A stretch of 64,000 nucleotides of DNA, taken from NCBI RefSeq assembly GCF_009914755.1, contig NC_060944.1, one strand, 5' to 3'. This DNA comes from the human T2T-CHM13v2.0 reference genome, Homo sapiens. The position numbers were made by a program, and so were the translations under genes. Of this stretch, positions 43,901 to 57,800 are shown in pieces. Every line of letters starts with the position of its first letter. Position 1 is the first letter of the stretch. The notes below the pieces were generated by a model that was given only the letters and a program-made list of their open reading frames with translations, ran no database searches and was not told the origin of the DNA.

Positions 43901-44468
43901 AATGGAATGGAACCAATAAGAGTGGAATGGATTGGAATGGAGTGGAATGGAATGAAAGGGAATGGAATCAACCCGAGTGGAATGGAATGGAATGGAATGG
44001 AATGGAATGGAATGGAAAGGAATGGCATGGAATGGAATGGAATGCAATGGAATGGAATACACCATAGTGGAATGGAATAGAATGGAATGGAATGGAGTGG
44101 AATCAACCCCATTGGAATGGAATGGAATGGAATGGAATGGAATGGAATGGAATGGAATGGAATAGAATGGAAAGGAATGGAATGGAATGGGATGGAATGG
44201 GTTGGAATCAAACCGAGTGGAATGGAATGGAATGCAATGGAATGGAAAGGAATGGAATGGAATGAAATAAACCCGAATGGAATGGAATGAAATGGAATGG
44301 AATGGAATGGCATGGAATGCAATGGAATGGAATAGAATGGAATAGAGTGGATTGGAATCAATCTGAGTGGAATGGAAAGGAATGGAAAGGAATGGAATTG
44401 AAGAGAATTGAATGGAATGGAACGGAATGGAATGGAATGGAATGGAATGGAATGCAATGCAATGGAAT
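40936..44468 (+). repeat. Chimeric A/B unit (3533 bp): A head, short A middle piece, 5'-truncated B copy 3 (~41861-44343), A tail
   Basis: CAAATAGAATAGAAACG (41721) is followed by CAACCCCTGT (41781), then B landmarks (GAGTCAAATGG ~42107, CAGCCAGAG ~42226 onward); no TTAATTAA site. Confidence 0.88.
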
Positions 44469-47400
44469 CAACCAGAGTGGAATTGAGTGTAATGGATCGA
44501 AATGGAATGGAATGGAATGGAATAAACCTGAGTAGAATGCAATGGTAGGGAATGGAATCGAATGGAATGGAATGGCATTGAATGGAATCAACACGAGTGG
44601 AATGGAATGGAATGGATTGGATTGGAAAGTTATGGAATCAACCCGAATGGAATGTAATGGAAAGGAATGGAATGGAATGCAGTGTAATTAACCCGAGTGG
44701 AATGGAATGGTATGGAGTGAAATGGAACGGAATGGAATGGTATGGAATGGAATGGAATGAAAAGGAAAGGAAAGCAATGGAATCAAAACGAGTGGAATGG
44801 AATGGAATGTAAAGAAATGAAGTGGAATTCAATAGAATCAACACGAGTGGAATAAAATGGAAAGGAATTTAACGGAATGGAATGGAATGGAATGGAATCC
44901 AATCCAATGAAAAGGAATGGAATGGAACGGAATAGAATGGAATGGAATGGAATGGAATGGAAAAAATTCGAGTGGAATGGAATGGAATGCAAAGTAATAT
45001 AATGAAAATGAATGGAATCCACCCGAATGGAAAGGAAAGGAATGGAATGGAATGGAATGGAATGGAATGGAATGGAATGGTATGGAGAGGAATGGAATTT
45101 AATGGAATGGAGAGGAATGGAATGGAATTGAATGGAATGGAATGCAAAGGAACGGAAAGGAATGGAATGGAATGGAATTGAATGGAGTCAACGCAAGTGT
45201 AATTGAATGGAATGGAATGGAATGGAATGGAATGGAATGGAATTGATTTGAATGGAATGGAATCAACTGGAATGGAATGCAATGGAATGGAATGGAATGG
45301 AATGGAATCAAATAGAATAGAAACGAATGGAATGGAATGGAATGGAATGCAGTGGAATGGAATGGAATGGAATCAACCCGTGTGGAATGTAAGGCAAAGG
45401 AATGGAATGGAATGGAATGGAATCAACAAAATTGGAAGGGAAGGGAATGGAATAGAATGGAATGGAATGGAATGGAATCTACAAAAGTGGAATGGAATGG
45501 AATGGAATACAATGGAATGGAATGGAATGGAATGGAATGGAATGGAATGGAATAAACCGGAGTGGAATGGAATGGAATGGAATGCAATGGATTCGATTGG
45601 AACTTAATTAACCCGATTGGAATGGAGTGGAATGGAATGGAATGGAAAGAAGCCGATTGGAATGCAGTGGACTGAAAAGGAATGGAATTGAAAGGGATGG
45701 AATGGAATGGAATGGAATGCAATGGAATGGAATGGAATGGAATGGAATCAACCCGAGTGGAATGGAATAGAATGGAATGGAATGCAATCAACCCAAGTGG
45801 AATGGAAAGGAGTGGAATGGAATCGAATGGAATGGATTGGAATGGAATGGAATCGAATGCAATCGAATGGAATAGCATGGAAAGTAATGGAATGCAATGG
45901 AAAGGAATCAAGCCAGGTGGAATCGAAAGGAATGGAATGGAATTGAATGCAATGGAATTGAATGGAATCAAGCCGAGTGGAATGTAATGGCATGGAATGG
46001 AGTGGAATGGAATGGAAAGGAATGGAATGGATTCAACGCGATTGGAAAGGAATGGAATGGAATGGAATGGAATCAACCCGAGTGGAATGGAGTGCAACGG
46101 AATGGAATGAAATGGAATGGAATGGAATGGAATGGAATGGAATGGAATGGAATGGAATGGAATGGAATCAACGTGATTGTAAAGGAATGAAATGAAATGG
46201 AATGGAATGGAATGCAATTGAATCAACTCGATTGGAAAGGAATGGTTGGAATGGAAATGAAAGGAATGGAATGGAATGAAATCAACCCGAATGGAATGGA
46301 ATGGAATGGAATGGAATGGAATGGAATGGAATTTAATGGAATGGAATGGAATGGAATGGAATGGAATGGAATGGAATGGAATCACCCAGAGTATAATTGA
46401 ATGGAATGGAATGGAATGGAATGGAATGGAATGGAATGGAAGGGAATGGAATGGAATGGATTCAAACCAAATGGAATGGAATGGAATGGATTGGAATGCA
46501 ATGGAATTGAATGGAATAAACTGAAGTGGAATGGTATAGAATGGAATGGAATGGATTGGAATGCAATGGAATGGGAAGGAATGGAATCAACTAGAATGGA
46601 AAGGAATGGAATGGAATGGAATGCAGTGGAATGGAATGGAATGGAATCAACCCCTGTGGAATGTAATGCAAAGGAATGGAAAGGAATGGAATGGAATAAA
46701 CAAAAGTGGAATGGAAGGGAATGGAATAGAATGGAATGGAATGGAATGGAAAGCAATGGAGTCAACCCGAATGGAATCGAATGGAATGGAATGCAAAGGA
46801 ATGGAATGGAATGGAATGGAATGGACTGGAATGGGATGGAATGGAATGAAACCGAGTGGAGTGGAATGGAATTGAATGAAATGGAATGGAATAAACTGCA
46901 AATGAAAGGAATGGAATGGAATGTAATGGAAACAACCAGAGTGGAATGGAATTGAATGGAATGGAATGGAATGGAATCAACCCGAGTGGAATGGAATTGA
47001 ATCGAATGGAATGGAATGGAATCAACCAGAGTGGAATGGAATTGAATGGAATGGAATGGAATTAACCCGAGTGAAATGGAATGGAAAGGAATGGAATGGA
47101 ATTTAATGGAATGGAATTGAATGGAATCAACCTGAGTGGACTGAAATGAAATGGAGTGGAATGGAAAGCAATGGAATTGAATGGAATCACCCAGAGTTGA
47201 ATGGAATTGAATGGAATGGAATCAACCCAAATGGAATGTAATGAAATGGAATTGAATGGAATTACCCCGAGTGAAATGGCATGGAAAGGAACGGAATAGA
47301 ATTTAATCGAATGGAATGGCATGCAATGGAATCAACCCGATTGGAATGGAATGGCATGAAATGGAATGCAATGCAATGCAATGGAACCAATAAGAGTGAA

Positions 47401-50400
47401 ATGGATTGGAATGGAATGGAATGGAATGAAAGGGAATGGAAACAACGCGAGTGGAATGGAATGGAATGGAATGCAACGGAATGGAATGGAATGCAATGGA
47501 ATGGAAAGGAATACACCAGAGTGGAATGGAATAGAATGGAATGGAATGGAGTGGAATCAACCCCAGTGGAATGGAACGGAATGGAATGGAATGGAATCGA
47601 ATGGAATGCAATGGAATGGAATGGAATGGATTGGAATCAAACCGAGTGGAATGGAATGGAATGGAAAGGAATGGAATGGAATGAAATCAACCCGAGTGGA
47701 ATGGAATGGAATGGAATGGAATGGGATGGAATAGAATGAAATGACGTGGATTGGAATCAATCTGAGTGGAATGGAAAGGAATAGAAAGGAATGGAATTGA
47801 AGAGAATGGAATGGAATGGAATGGAATGGAACGGAATTTAAAGGAATCAACCAGAATGGAATTGACTGTAACGGACGGGAATGGAATGGAATGGAATGGA
47901 ATGGAATGGAGAGGAATGGATTGGAGTGGAATGGAATGGAATGGAATGGAATGGAATGGAATGGAATGGAATGGTATCAATACAAGTGTAATTGAATGGA
48001 ATGGAATGGAATGGAATGGAATGGAGAGGAATGGAATGGAATTGATTTGAATGCAATGGAATCACCTGAAATCGAATGGAATGGAATGGAATCAACTAGA
48101 ATGGAAAGGAATGGAATGGAATGGAATGCAGTTGAATGGAATGGAATGGAATCAACCCGTGTGGAATGTAATGCAAAGGAATGGAATGGAATGGAATGGA
48201 ATGGAATCATCAAAAGTGGAATGGAAGGGAATGGAATAGAATGGAATTGAATGGAATGGAATGGAAAGCAATGGAGTCAACCCGAATGGAATCGAATGTA
48301 ATGAAATGCAATGGAATGGAATGGAATGCAATGGAATGGAATGGAATTGAATGGAATGGGATAGGATGGAATGGAATGGAATCAACCAGAGTGGAATAGA
48401 ATTGAATGGAATGGAATGGAATGGAATCAACCCGAGTGGAATGGAATTGAATCGAATGGAATGCAATGGAATGGAATGGAATCAACCAGAGTGGAATGGA
48501 ATTGAATGGAATGGAATGGAATGGAATCAACCCGAGTGGAATGGAATTAAATGGAATGGAATGAAATGGAATCAACCCGAGTGGAATGGAATGGAATGGA
48601 ATGGAATGGAATGGAATGGAATCGAATGGAATGGAATCGAATGGAATGGAATGGAAGGAATGGAATGGAATTAACCCGAGTCAAATGGAATGGAAAGGAA
48701 CGGAATGGAATTTAATGGAATGGAATGGAATGGAATCAACCTGAGTGGACTGGAATGAAATGGAGTGGAATGGAAAGCAATGGATTTGAATGGAATCAGC
48801 CAGAGTTGAATGAAATTGAACGGAATGGAATGGAATGGAATCAACCCAAATGGAATGTAATGGAATGGAATTGAATGGAATTACCCCGAGTGAAATGGCA
48901 TGGAAAGGAACGGAATAGAAATTAATGGAATGAAATGGAATGGAATGGAATCAACATGAGTGGAATGGAATGGAATGAAATGGAATGCAATGCAATGGAA
49001 TGGAGCCAATAAAAGTGGAATCGAATGGAATGAAAGGGAATGGAATCAACCCACGTGGAATGGAATGGAATGGAATGGAATGGAATGGAATGGAATATAC
49101 CAGAGTGGAATGGAATACAATGGAATGGAAGGGAGTGGAATCAACCACAGTGGAATGGAATGAAATGGAATGGAATGGAAAAGAATGGAATGGAATGGTA
49201 TGGAATGGAATGGAATGGATTGGAAACAAACCGAGTGTAATGGAATGGAATGGAAAGGAATGGAATGGAATGAAATCAACCCGAGTGAAATGGAATGGAC
49301 TGGAATGGGATGGAATAGAATGCAATGGACTGGATTGGAATCAATCTGAGTGGAATGGAAAGGAATGCAAAGGAATGGGATTGAAGGGAATGGAATGGAA
49401 TGGAATAAACCCGAGTAGAATGCAATGGAAGGGAATGGAATCGAATGTAATGGAATGGCATTGAATGGAATCAACACGAGTGGAATGGAATGGAATGGAA
49501 TGGATTGGAGTGGCACGGAATCAACCCCAGTGGAATGTAATGTAAAGGAATGGAATGGAATGGAGTAGAATGAACCCGAGTCGAATGGAATGGTATGGAA
49601 TGAAACGGAATGGAATGGAATGGTATGGAATGGAACGGAATGGTATTGAACGGAATGGAATGGAATGGAATGGAATGAAATCAACCCGAGTGAAATGGAA
49701 TGGAATGGAATGGGATGGAATAGAATGCAATGGACTGGATTGGAATCAATCTGAGTGGAATGGAAAGCAATGCAAAGGAATGGGATTGAAGGGAATGGAA
49801 TGGAATGGAATGGAATGGAATAAACCCGAGTAGAATGCAATGGAAGGGAATGGAATCGAATGTAATGGAATGGCATTGAATGGAATCAACACGAGTGGAA
49901 TGGAATGGAATGGAATGGATTGGAGTGGCACGGAATCAACCCCAGTGGAATGTAATGTAAAGGAATGGAATGGAATGGAGTAGAATGAACCCGAGTCGAA
50001 TGGAATGGTATGGAATGAAACGGAATGGAATGGAATGGTATGGAATGGAATGGAATGGTATTGAACGGAATGGAATGGAATGGAATAGAATCCAATCCAG
50101 TGTAAAGGAATGGAACGGAATGGAATGGAATGGAATGGAATGGAATGGAATGGAATGGAATGGAATGGAAAGGAATGGACTCTAATGGAATAAATTGCAG
50201 TGGAATGGTATGGAATGCAAAGTAATATAATGAAAATGAGTGGAATCCACCAAAATGGAAAGGAAAGGAATGGAATGGAATGGAATGAATGGAATGGATT
50301 GGAAAGGAATCAACCCGAGTGGAATGGAAAGGAATGGAATGGAATGGAATGGAATGGAATGGAAAGGAATGGAATGGAATGGATTGGAATGGAATCACCC

Positions 50401-51859
50401 CGTGTGGAATGGAAAGAATGGAATGCAATGGAAAGCAATGGCATGGAATGGAATGGAAAGGAATCGAGTGGAATGGAATGGAATGGAATGGAATCAACCC
50501 GGGTGGAATGTAATGGAATGGAATGGAATGGAATGGAATGGAATGGAATGGAATTCAATGGAATGAAATGGATTGGAATCAACCTGCGTGGAATGTAGTG
50601 CATTCGATTTGAATGGAATCAACAAGATAGGAATGGAATGAAATGGAATGGAATTCAATGGAATGGAATGGAATGGAATGCAATGGAATCAACCCAAATG
50701 GAATGTAATGAAATGGAATTGAATGGAATTACCCCGAGTGAACTGGCATGGAAAGGAACGGAATAGAATTTAATGGAATGGAATGGCATGCAATGGAATC
50801 AACACGAGTGCAATGGAATGCCATGAAATGGAATGCAATGCAATGGAATGGAACCAATAAGAGTGGAATGGATTGGAATGGAGTGGAATGGAATGAAAGG
50901 GAATGGAATCAACCCGAGTGGAATGGAATGGAATGGAATGGAATGGAATGGAATGGAATGGAATGGAACGGAAAGGAATGGAATGGAATGGAATGGAATG
51001 CAATGGAATGGAATACACCATAGTGGAATGGAATAGAATGGAATGGAATGGAGTGGAATCAACCCCATTGGAATGGAATGGAATGGAATGGAATGGAATG
51101 GAATGGAATGGAATGGAATGGAAAGGAATGGAATGGAATGCAATGGAATCAACCCAAATGGAATGTAATGAAATGGAATTGAATGGAATTACCCCGAGTG
51201 AACTGGCATGGAAAGGAACAGAATAGAATTTCATGGAATGGAATGGCATGCAATGGAATCAACATGAGTGCAATGGAATGCCATGAAATGGAATGCAATG
51301 CAATGGAATGGAACCAATAAGAGTGGAATGGATTGGAATGGAGTGGAATGGAATGAAAGGGAATGGAATCAACCCGAGTGGAATGGAATGGAATGGAATG
51401 GAATGGAATGGAAAGGAATGGAATGGAATGGAATGGAATGCAATGGAATGGAATACACCATAGTGGAATGGAATAGAATGGAATGGAATGGAGTGGAATC
51501 AACCCCATTGGAATGCAATGGAATGGAATGGAATGGAATGGAATGGAATGGAATGGAAAGGAATGGAATGGAATGGGATGAAATGGGTTGGAATCAAACC
51601 GAGTGGAATGGAATGGAATGCAATGGAATGGAAAGGAATGGAATGGAATGAAATAAACCCGAATGGAATGGAATGAAATGGAATGGAATGGAATGGAATG
51701 GAATGGAATGGAATGGAATGGAATAGAATGGAATAGAGTGGATTGGAATCAATCTGAGTGGAATGGAAAGGAATGGAAAGGAATGGAATTGAAGAGAATT
51801 GAATGGAATGGAACGGAATGGAATGGAATGGAATGGAATGGAATGCAATGCAATGGAAT
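44469..51859 (+). repeat. Composite A+B unit (7391 bp); B copy 4 at 47908-51734 carries two internal tandem duplications
   Basis: Full A then full B landmarks; GAGTGGCACGG at ~49508 and ~49923; CAACCCCATTG at ~51060 and ~51500. Confidence 0.9.
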
Positions 51860-54800
51860 CAACCAGAGTGGAATTGAGTGTAATGGATCGAAATGGAATG
51901 GAATGGAATGGAATAAACCTGAGTAGAATGCAATGGTAGGGAATGGAATCGAATGGAATGGAATGGCATTGAATGGAATCAACACGAGTGGAATGGAATG
52001 GAATGGATTGGATTGGAAAGTTATGGAATCAACCCGAATGGAATGTAATGGAAAGGAATGGAATGGAATGCAGTGTAATTAACCCGAGTGGAATGGAATG
52101 GTATGGAGTGAAATGGAACGGAATGGAATGGTATGGAATGGAATGGAATGAAAAGGAAAGGAAAGCAATGGAATCAAAACGAGTGGAATGGAATGGAATG
52201 TAAAGAAATGAAGTGGAATTCAATAGAATCAACTCGAGTGGAATGAAATGGAAAGGAATTTAACGGAATGGAATGGAATGGAATGGAATCCAATCCAATG
52301 TAAAGGAATGGAATGGAACGGAATAGAATGGACTGGAATGGAATGGAATGGAATTGAAAAAATTCGAGTGGAATGGAATGGAATGCAAAGTAATATAATG
52401 AAAATGAATGGAATCCACCCGAATGGAAAGGAAAGGAATGGAATGGAATGGAATGGAATGGAATGGAATGGTATGGAGAGGAATGGAATTTAATGGAATG
52501 GAGAGGAATGGAATGGAATTGAATGGAATGGAATGCAAAGGAACGGAAAGGAATGGAATGGAATGGAATTGCATGGAGTCAACGCAAGTGTAATTGAATG
52601 GAATGGAATGGAATGGAATGGAATGGAATGGAGATGAATGGAATGGAATTGATTTGAATGGAATGGAATCAACTGGAATGGAATGCAATGGAATGGAATG
52701 GAATGGAATGGAATCAAATAGAATAGAAACGAATGGAATGGAATGGAATGGAATCAACCCGTATGGAATGTAAGGCAAAGGAATGGAATGGAATGGAATG
52801 GAATCAACAAAATTGGAAGGGAAGGGAATGGAATAGAATGGAATGGAATGGAATGGAATCTACAAAAGTGGAATGGAATGGAATGGAATACAATGGAATG
52901 GAATGGAATGGAATGGAATGGAATAAACCGGAGTGGAATGGAATGGAATGGAATGCAATGGATTCGATTGGAACTTAATTAACCCGATTGGAATGGAGTG
53001 GAATGGAATGGAATGGAAAGAAGCCGATTGGAATGCAGTGGACTGAAAAGGAATGGAATTGAAAGGGATGGAATGGAATGGAATGGAATGGAATGCAATG
53101 GAATGGAATGGAATGGAATGGAATCAACCCGAGTGGAATGGAATAGAATGGAATGGAATGCAATCAACCCAAGTGGAATGGAAAGGAGTGGAATGGAATC
53201 GAATGGAATGGATTGGAATGGAATGGAATCGAATGCAATCGAATGGAATAGCATGGAAAGTAATGGAATGCAATGGAAAGGAATCAAGCCAGGTGGAATC
53301 GAAAGGAATGGAATGGAATTGAATGCAATGGAATTGAATGGAATCAAGCCGAGTGGAATGTAATAGCATGGAATGGAGTGGAATGGAATGGAAAGGAATG
53401 GAATGGATTCAACGCGATTGGAAAGGAATGGAATGGAATGGAATGGAATCAACCCGAGTGGAATGGAGTGCAACGGAATGGAATGAAATGGAATGGAATG
53501 GAATGGAATGGAATGGAATGGAATGGAATGGAATGGAATCAACGTGATTGTAAAGGAATGAAATGAAATGGAATGGAATGGAATGCAATTGAATCAACTC
53601 GATTGGAAAGGAATGGTTGGAATGGAAATGAAAGGAATGGAATGGAATGAAATCAACCCGAATGGAATGGAATGGAATGGTATGGAATGGAATTTAATGG
53701 AATGGAATGGAATGGAATGGAATGGAATGGAATGGAATGGAATGGAATGGAATGGAATGGAATGGATTCAAACCAAATGGAATGGAATGGAATGGATTGG
53801 AATGCAATGGAATTGAATGGAATAAACTGAAGTGGAATGGTATAGAATGGAATGGAATGGATTGGAATGCAATGGAATGGGAAGGAATGGAATCAACTAG
53901 AATGGAAAGGAATGGAATGGAATGGAATGCAGTGGAATGGAATGGAATGGAATCAACCCCTGTGGAATGTAATGCAAAGGAATGGAAAGGAATGGAATGG
54001 AATAAACAAAAGTGGAATGGAAGGGAATGGAATAGAATGGAATGGAATGGAATGGAAAGCAATGGAGTCAACCCGAATGGAATCGAATGGAATGGAATGC
54101 AAAGGAATGGAATGGAATGGAATGGAATGGACTGGAATGGGATGGAATGGAATGAAACCGAGTGGAGTGGAATGGAATTGAATGAAATGGAATGGAATAA
54201 ACTGCAAATGAAAGGAATGGAATGGAATGTAATGGAAACAACCAGAGTGGAATGGAATTGAATGGAATGGAATGGAATGGAATCAACCCGAGTGGAATGG
54301 AATTGAATCGAATGGAATGGAATGGAATCAACCAGAGTGGAATGGAATTGAATGGAATGGAATGGAATTAACCCGAGTGAAATGGAATGGAAAGGAATGG
54401 AATGGAATTTAATGGAATGGAATTGAATGGAATCAACCTGAGTGGACTGAAATGAAATGGAGTGGAATGGAAAGCAATGGAATTGAATGGAATCACCCAG
54501 AGTTGAATGGAATTGAATGGAATGGAATCAACCCAAATGGAATGTAATGAAATGGAATTGAATGGAATTACCCCGAGTGAAATGGCATGGAAAGGAACGG
54601 AATAGAATTTAATGGAATGGAATGGCATGCAATGGAATCAACCCGATTGGAATGGAATGGCATGAAATGGAATGCAATGCAATGGAATGGAACCAATAAG
54701 AGTGAAATGGATTGGAATGGAATGGAATGGAATGAAAAGGAATGGAAACAACGCGAGTGGAATGGAATGGAATGGAATGCAACGGAATGGAATGGAAAGC

Positions 54801-57800
54801 AATGGAATGGAATGGAATACACCAGAGTGGAATGGAATAGAATGGAATGGAATGGAGTGGAATGAACCCCAGTGGAATGGAACGGAATGGAATGGAATGG
54901 AATGGAATGGAATGGAATGGAATGGAATGGAATGGAATGCAATGGAATGGAATGGAATGGAATGGAATGCAATGGAATGGAATGGAATGGATTGGAATCA
55001 AACCGAGTGTAATGGAATGGAATGGAAAGGAATGGAATGGAATGAAATCAACCCGAGTGGAATGGAATGGAATGGAATGGAATGGGATGGAATAGAATGA
55101 AATGACGTGGATTGGAACCAATCTGAGTGGAATGGAAAGGAATAGAAAGGAATGGAATTGAAGAGAATGGAATGGAATGGAATGGAATGGAACGGAATTT
55201 AAAGGAATCAACCAGAATGGAATTGACTGTAACGGACGGGAATGGAATGGAATGGAATGGAATGGAATGGAATGGAATGGAATGGAGAGGAATGGATTGG
55301 AGTGGAATGGAATGGAATGGAATGGAATGGAATGGAATGGTATCAATACAAGTGTAATTGAATGGAATAGAATGGAATGGAATGGAATGGAGAGGAATGG
55401 AATGGAATTGATTTGAATGCAATGGAATCACCTGAAATCGAATGGAATGGAATGGAATCAACTAGAATGGAAAGGAATGGAATGGAATGGAATGCAGTTG
55501 AATGGAATGGAATGGAATCAACCCGTGTGGAATGTAATGCAAAGGAATGGAATGGAATGGAATGGAATCATCAAAAGTGGAATGGAAGGGAATGGAATAG
55601 AATGGAATTGAATGGAATGGAATGGAAAGCAATGGAGTCAACCCGAATGGAATCGAATGTAATGAAATGCAATGGAATGGAATGGAATGGAATGGAATTG
55701 AATGGAATGGGATAGGATGGAATGGAATGGAATCAACCAGAGTGGAATAGAATTGAATGGAATGGAATGGAATGGAATCAACCCGAGTGGAATGGAATTG
55801 AATCGAATGGAATGGAATGGAATGGAATGGAATGGAATCAACCAGAGTGGAATGGAATTGAATGGAATGGAATGGAATGGAATCAACCCGAGTGGAATGG
55901 AATTAAATGGAATGGAATGGAATGGAATCAACCCGAGTGGAATGGAATGGAATGGAATAGAATGGAATGGAATGGAAGGGAATGGAATGGAATTAACCCG
56001 AGTCAAATGGAATGGAAAGGTACGGAATGGAATTTAATGGAATGGAATGGAATGGAATCAACCTGAGTGGACTGGAATGAAATGGAGTGGAATGGAAAGC
56101 AATGGATTTGAATGGAATCAGCCAGAGTTGAATGAAATTGAACGGAATGGAATGGAATGGAATCAACCCAAATGGAATGTAATGGAATGGAATTGAATGG
56201 AATTACCCCGAGTGAAATGGCATGGAAAGGAACGGAATAGAAATTAATGGAATGAAATGGAATGGAATGGAATCAACATGAGTGGAATGGAATGGAATGA
56301 AATGGAATGCAATGCAATGGAATGGAACCAATAAAAGTGGAATCGAATGGAATGAAAGGGAATGGAATCAACCCACGTGGAATGGAATGGAATGGAATGG
56401 AATGGAATGGAATGGAATGGAATGGAATGGAATGGAATGGAATGGAATATACCAGAGTGGAATGGAATACAATGGAATGGAAGGGAGTGGAATCAACCAC
56501 AGTGGAATGGAATGAAATGGAATGGAATGGAAAAGAATGGAATGGAATGGTATGGAATGGAATGGAATGGATTGGAAACAAACCGAGTGTAATGGAATGG
56601 AATGGAAAGGAATGGAATGGAATGAAATCAACCCAACTGAAATGCAATGGACTGGATTGGAATCAATCTGAGTGGAATGGAAAGGAATGCAAAGGAATGG
56701 GATTGAAGGGAATGGAATGGAATGGAATGGAATGGAATAAACCCGAGTAGAATGCAATGGAAGGGAATGGAATCGAATGTAATGGAATGGCATTGAATGG
56801 AATCAACACGAGTGGAATGGAATGGAATGGAATGGATTGGAGTGGCACGGAATCAACCCCAGTGGAATGTAATGTAAAGGAATGGAATGGAATGGAGTAG
56901 AATGAACACGAGTCGAATGGAATGGTATGGAATGAAACGGAATGGAATGGAATGGTATGGAATGGAATGGAATGGTATTGAACGGAATGGAATGGAATGG
57001 AATAGAATCCAATCCAGTGTAAAGGAATGGAACGGAATGGAATGGAATGGAATGGAATGGAATGGAACGGAATGGAATGGAATGGAATGGAATGGAATGG
57101 AAAGGAATGGACTCTAATGGAATAAATTGCAGTGGAATGGTATGGAATGCAAAGTAATATAATGAAAATGAGTGGAATCCACCAAAATGGAAAGGAAAGG
57201 AATGGAATGGAATGGAATGAATGGAATGGATTGGAAAGGAATCAACCCGAGTGGAATGGAAAGGAATGGAATGGAATGGAATGGAATGGAATGGAATGGA
57301 ATGGAATGGAAAGGAATGGAATGGAATGGATTGGAATGGAATCACCCCGTGTGGAATGGAAAGAATGGAATGCAATGGAAAGCAATGGCATGGAATGGAA
57401 TGGAAAGGAATCGAATGGAATGGAATGGAATGGAATGGAATGGAATCAACCCGGGTGGAATGAAATGGAATGGAATGGAATGGAATGGAATGGAATGGAA
57501 TGGAATGGAATGGAATGAAATGGATTGGAATCAACCTGCGTGGAATGTAGTGCATTCGAATTGAATGGAATCAACAAGATAGGAATGGAATGAAATGGAA
57601 TGGAATTCAATGGAATGGAATGGAATGGAATGCAATGGAATCAACCCAAATGGAATGTAATGAAATGGAATTGAATGGAATTACCCCGAGTGAACTGGCA
57701 TGGAAAGGAACGGAATAGAATTTAATGGAATGGAATGGCATGCAATGGAATCAACACGAGTGCAATGGAATGCCATGAAATGGAATGCAATGCAATAGAA

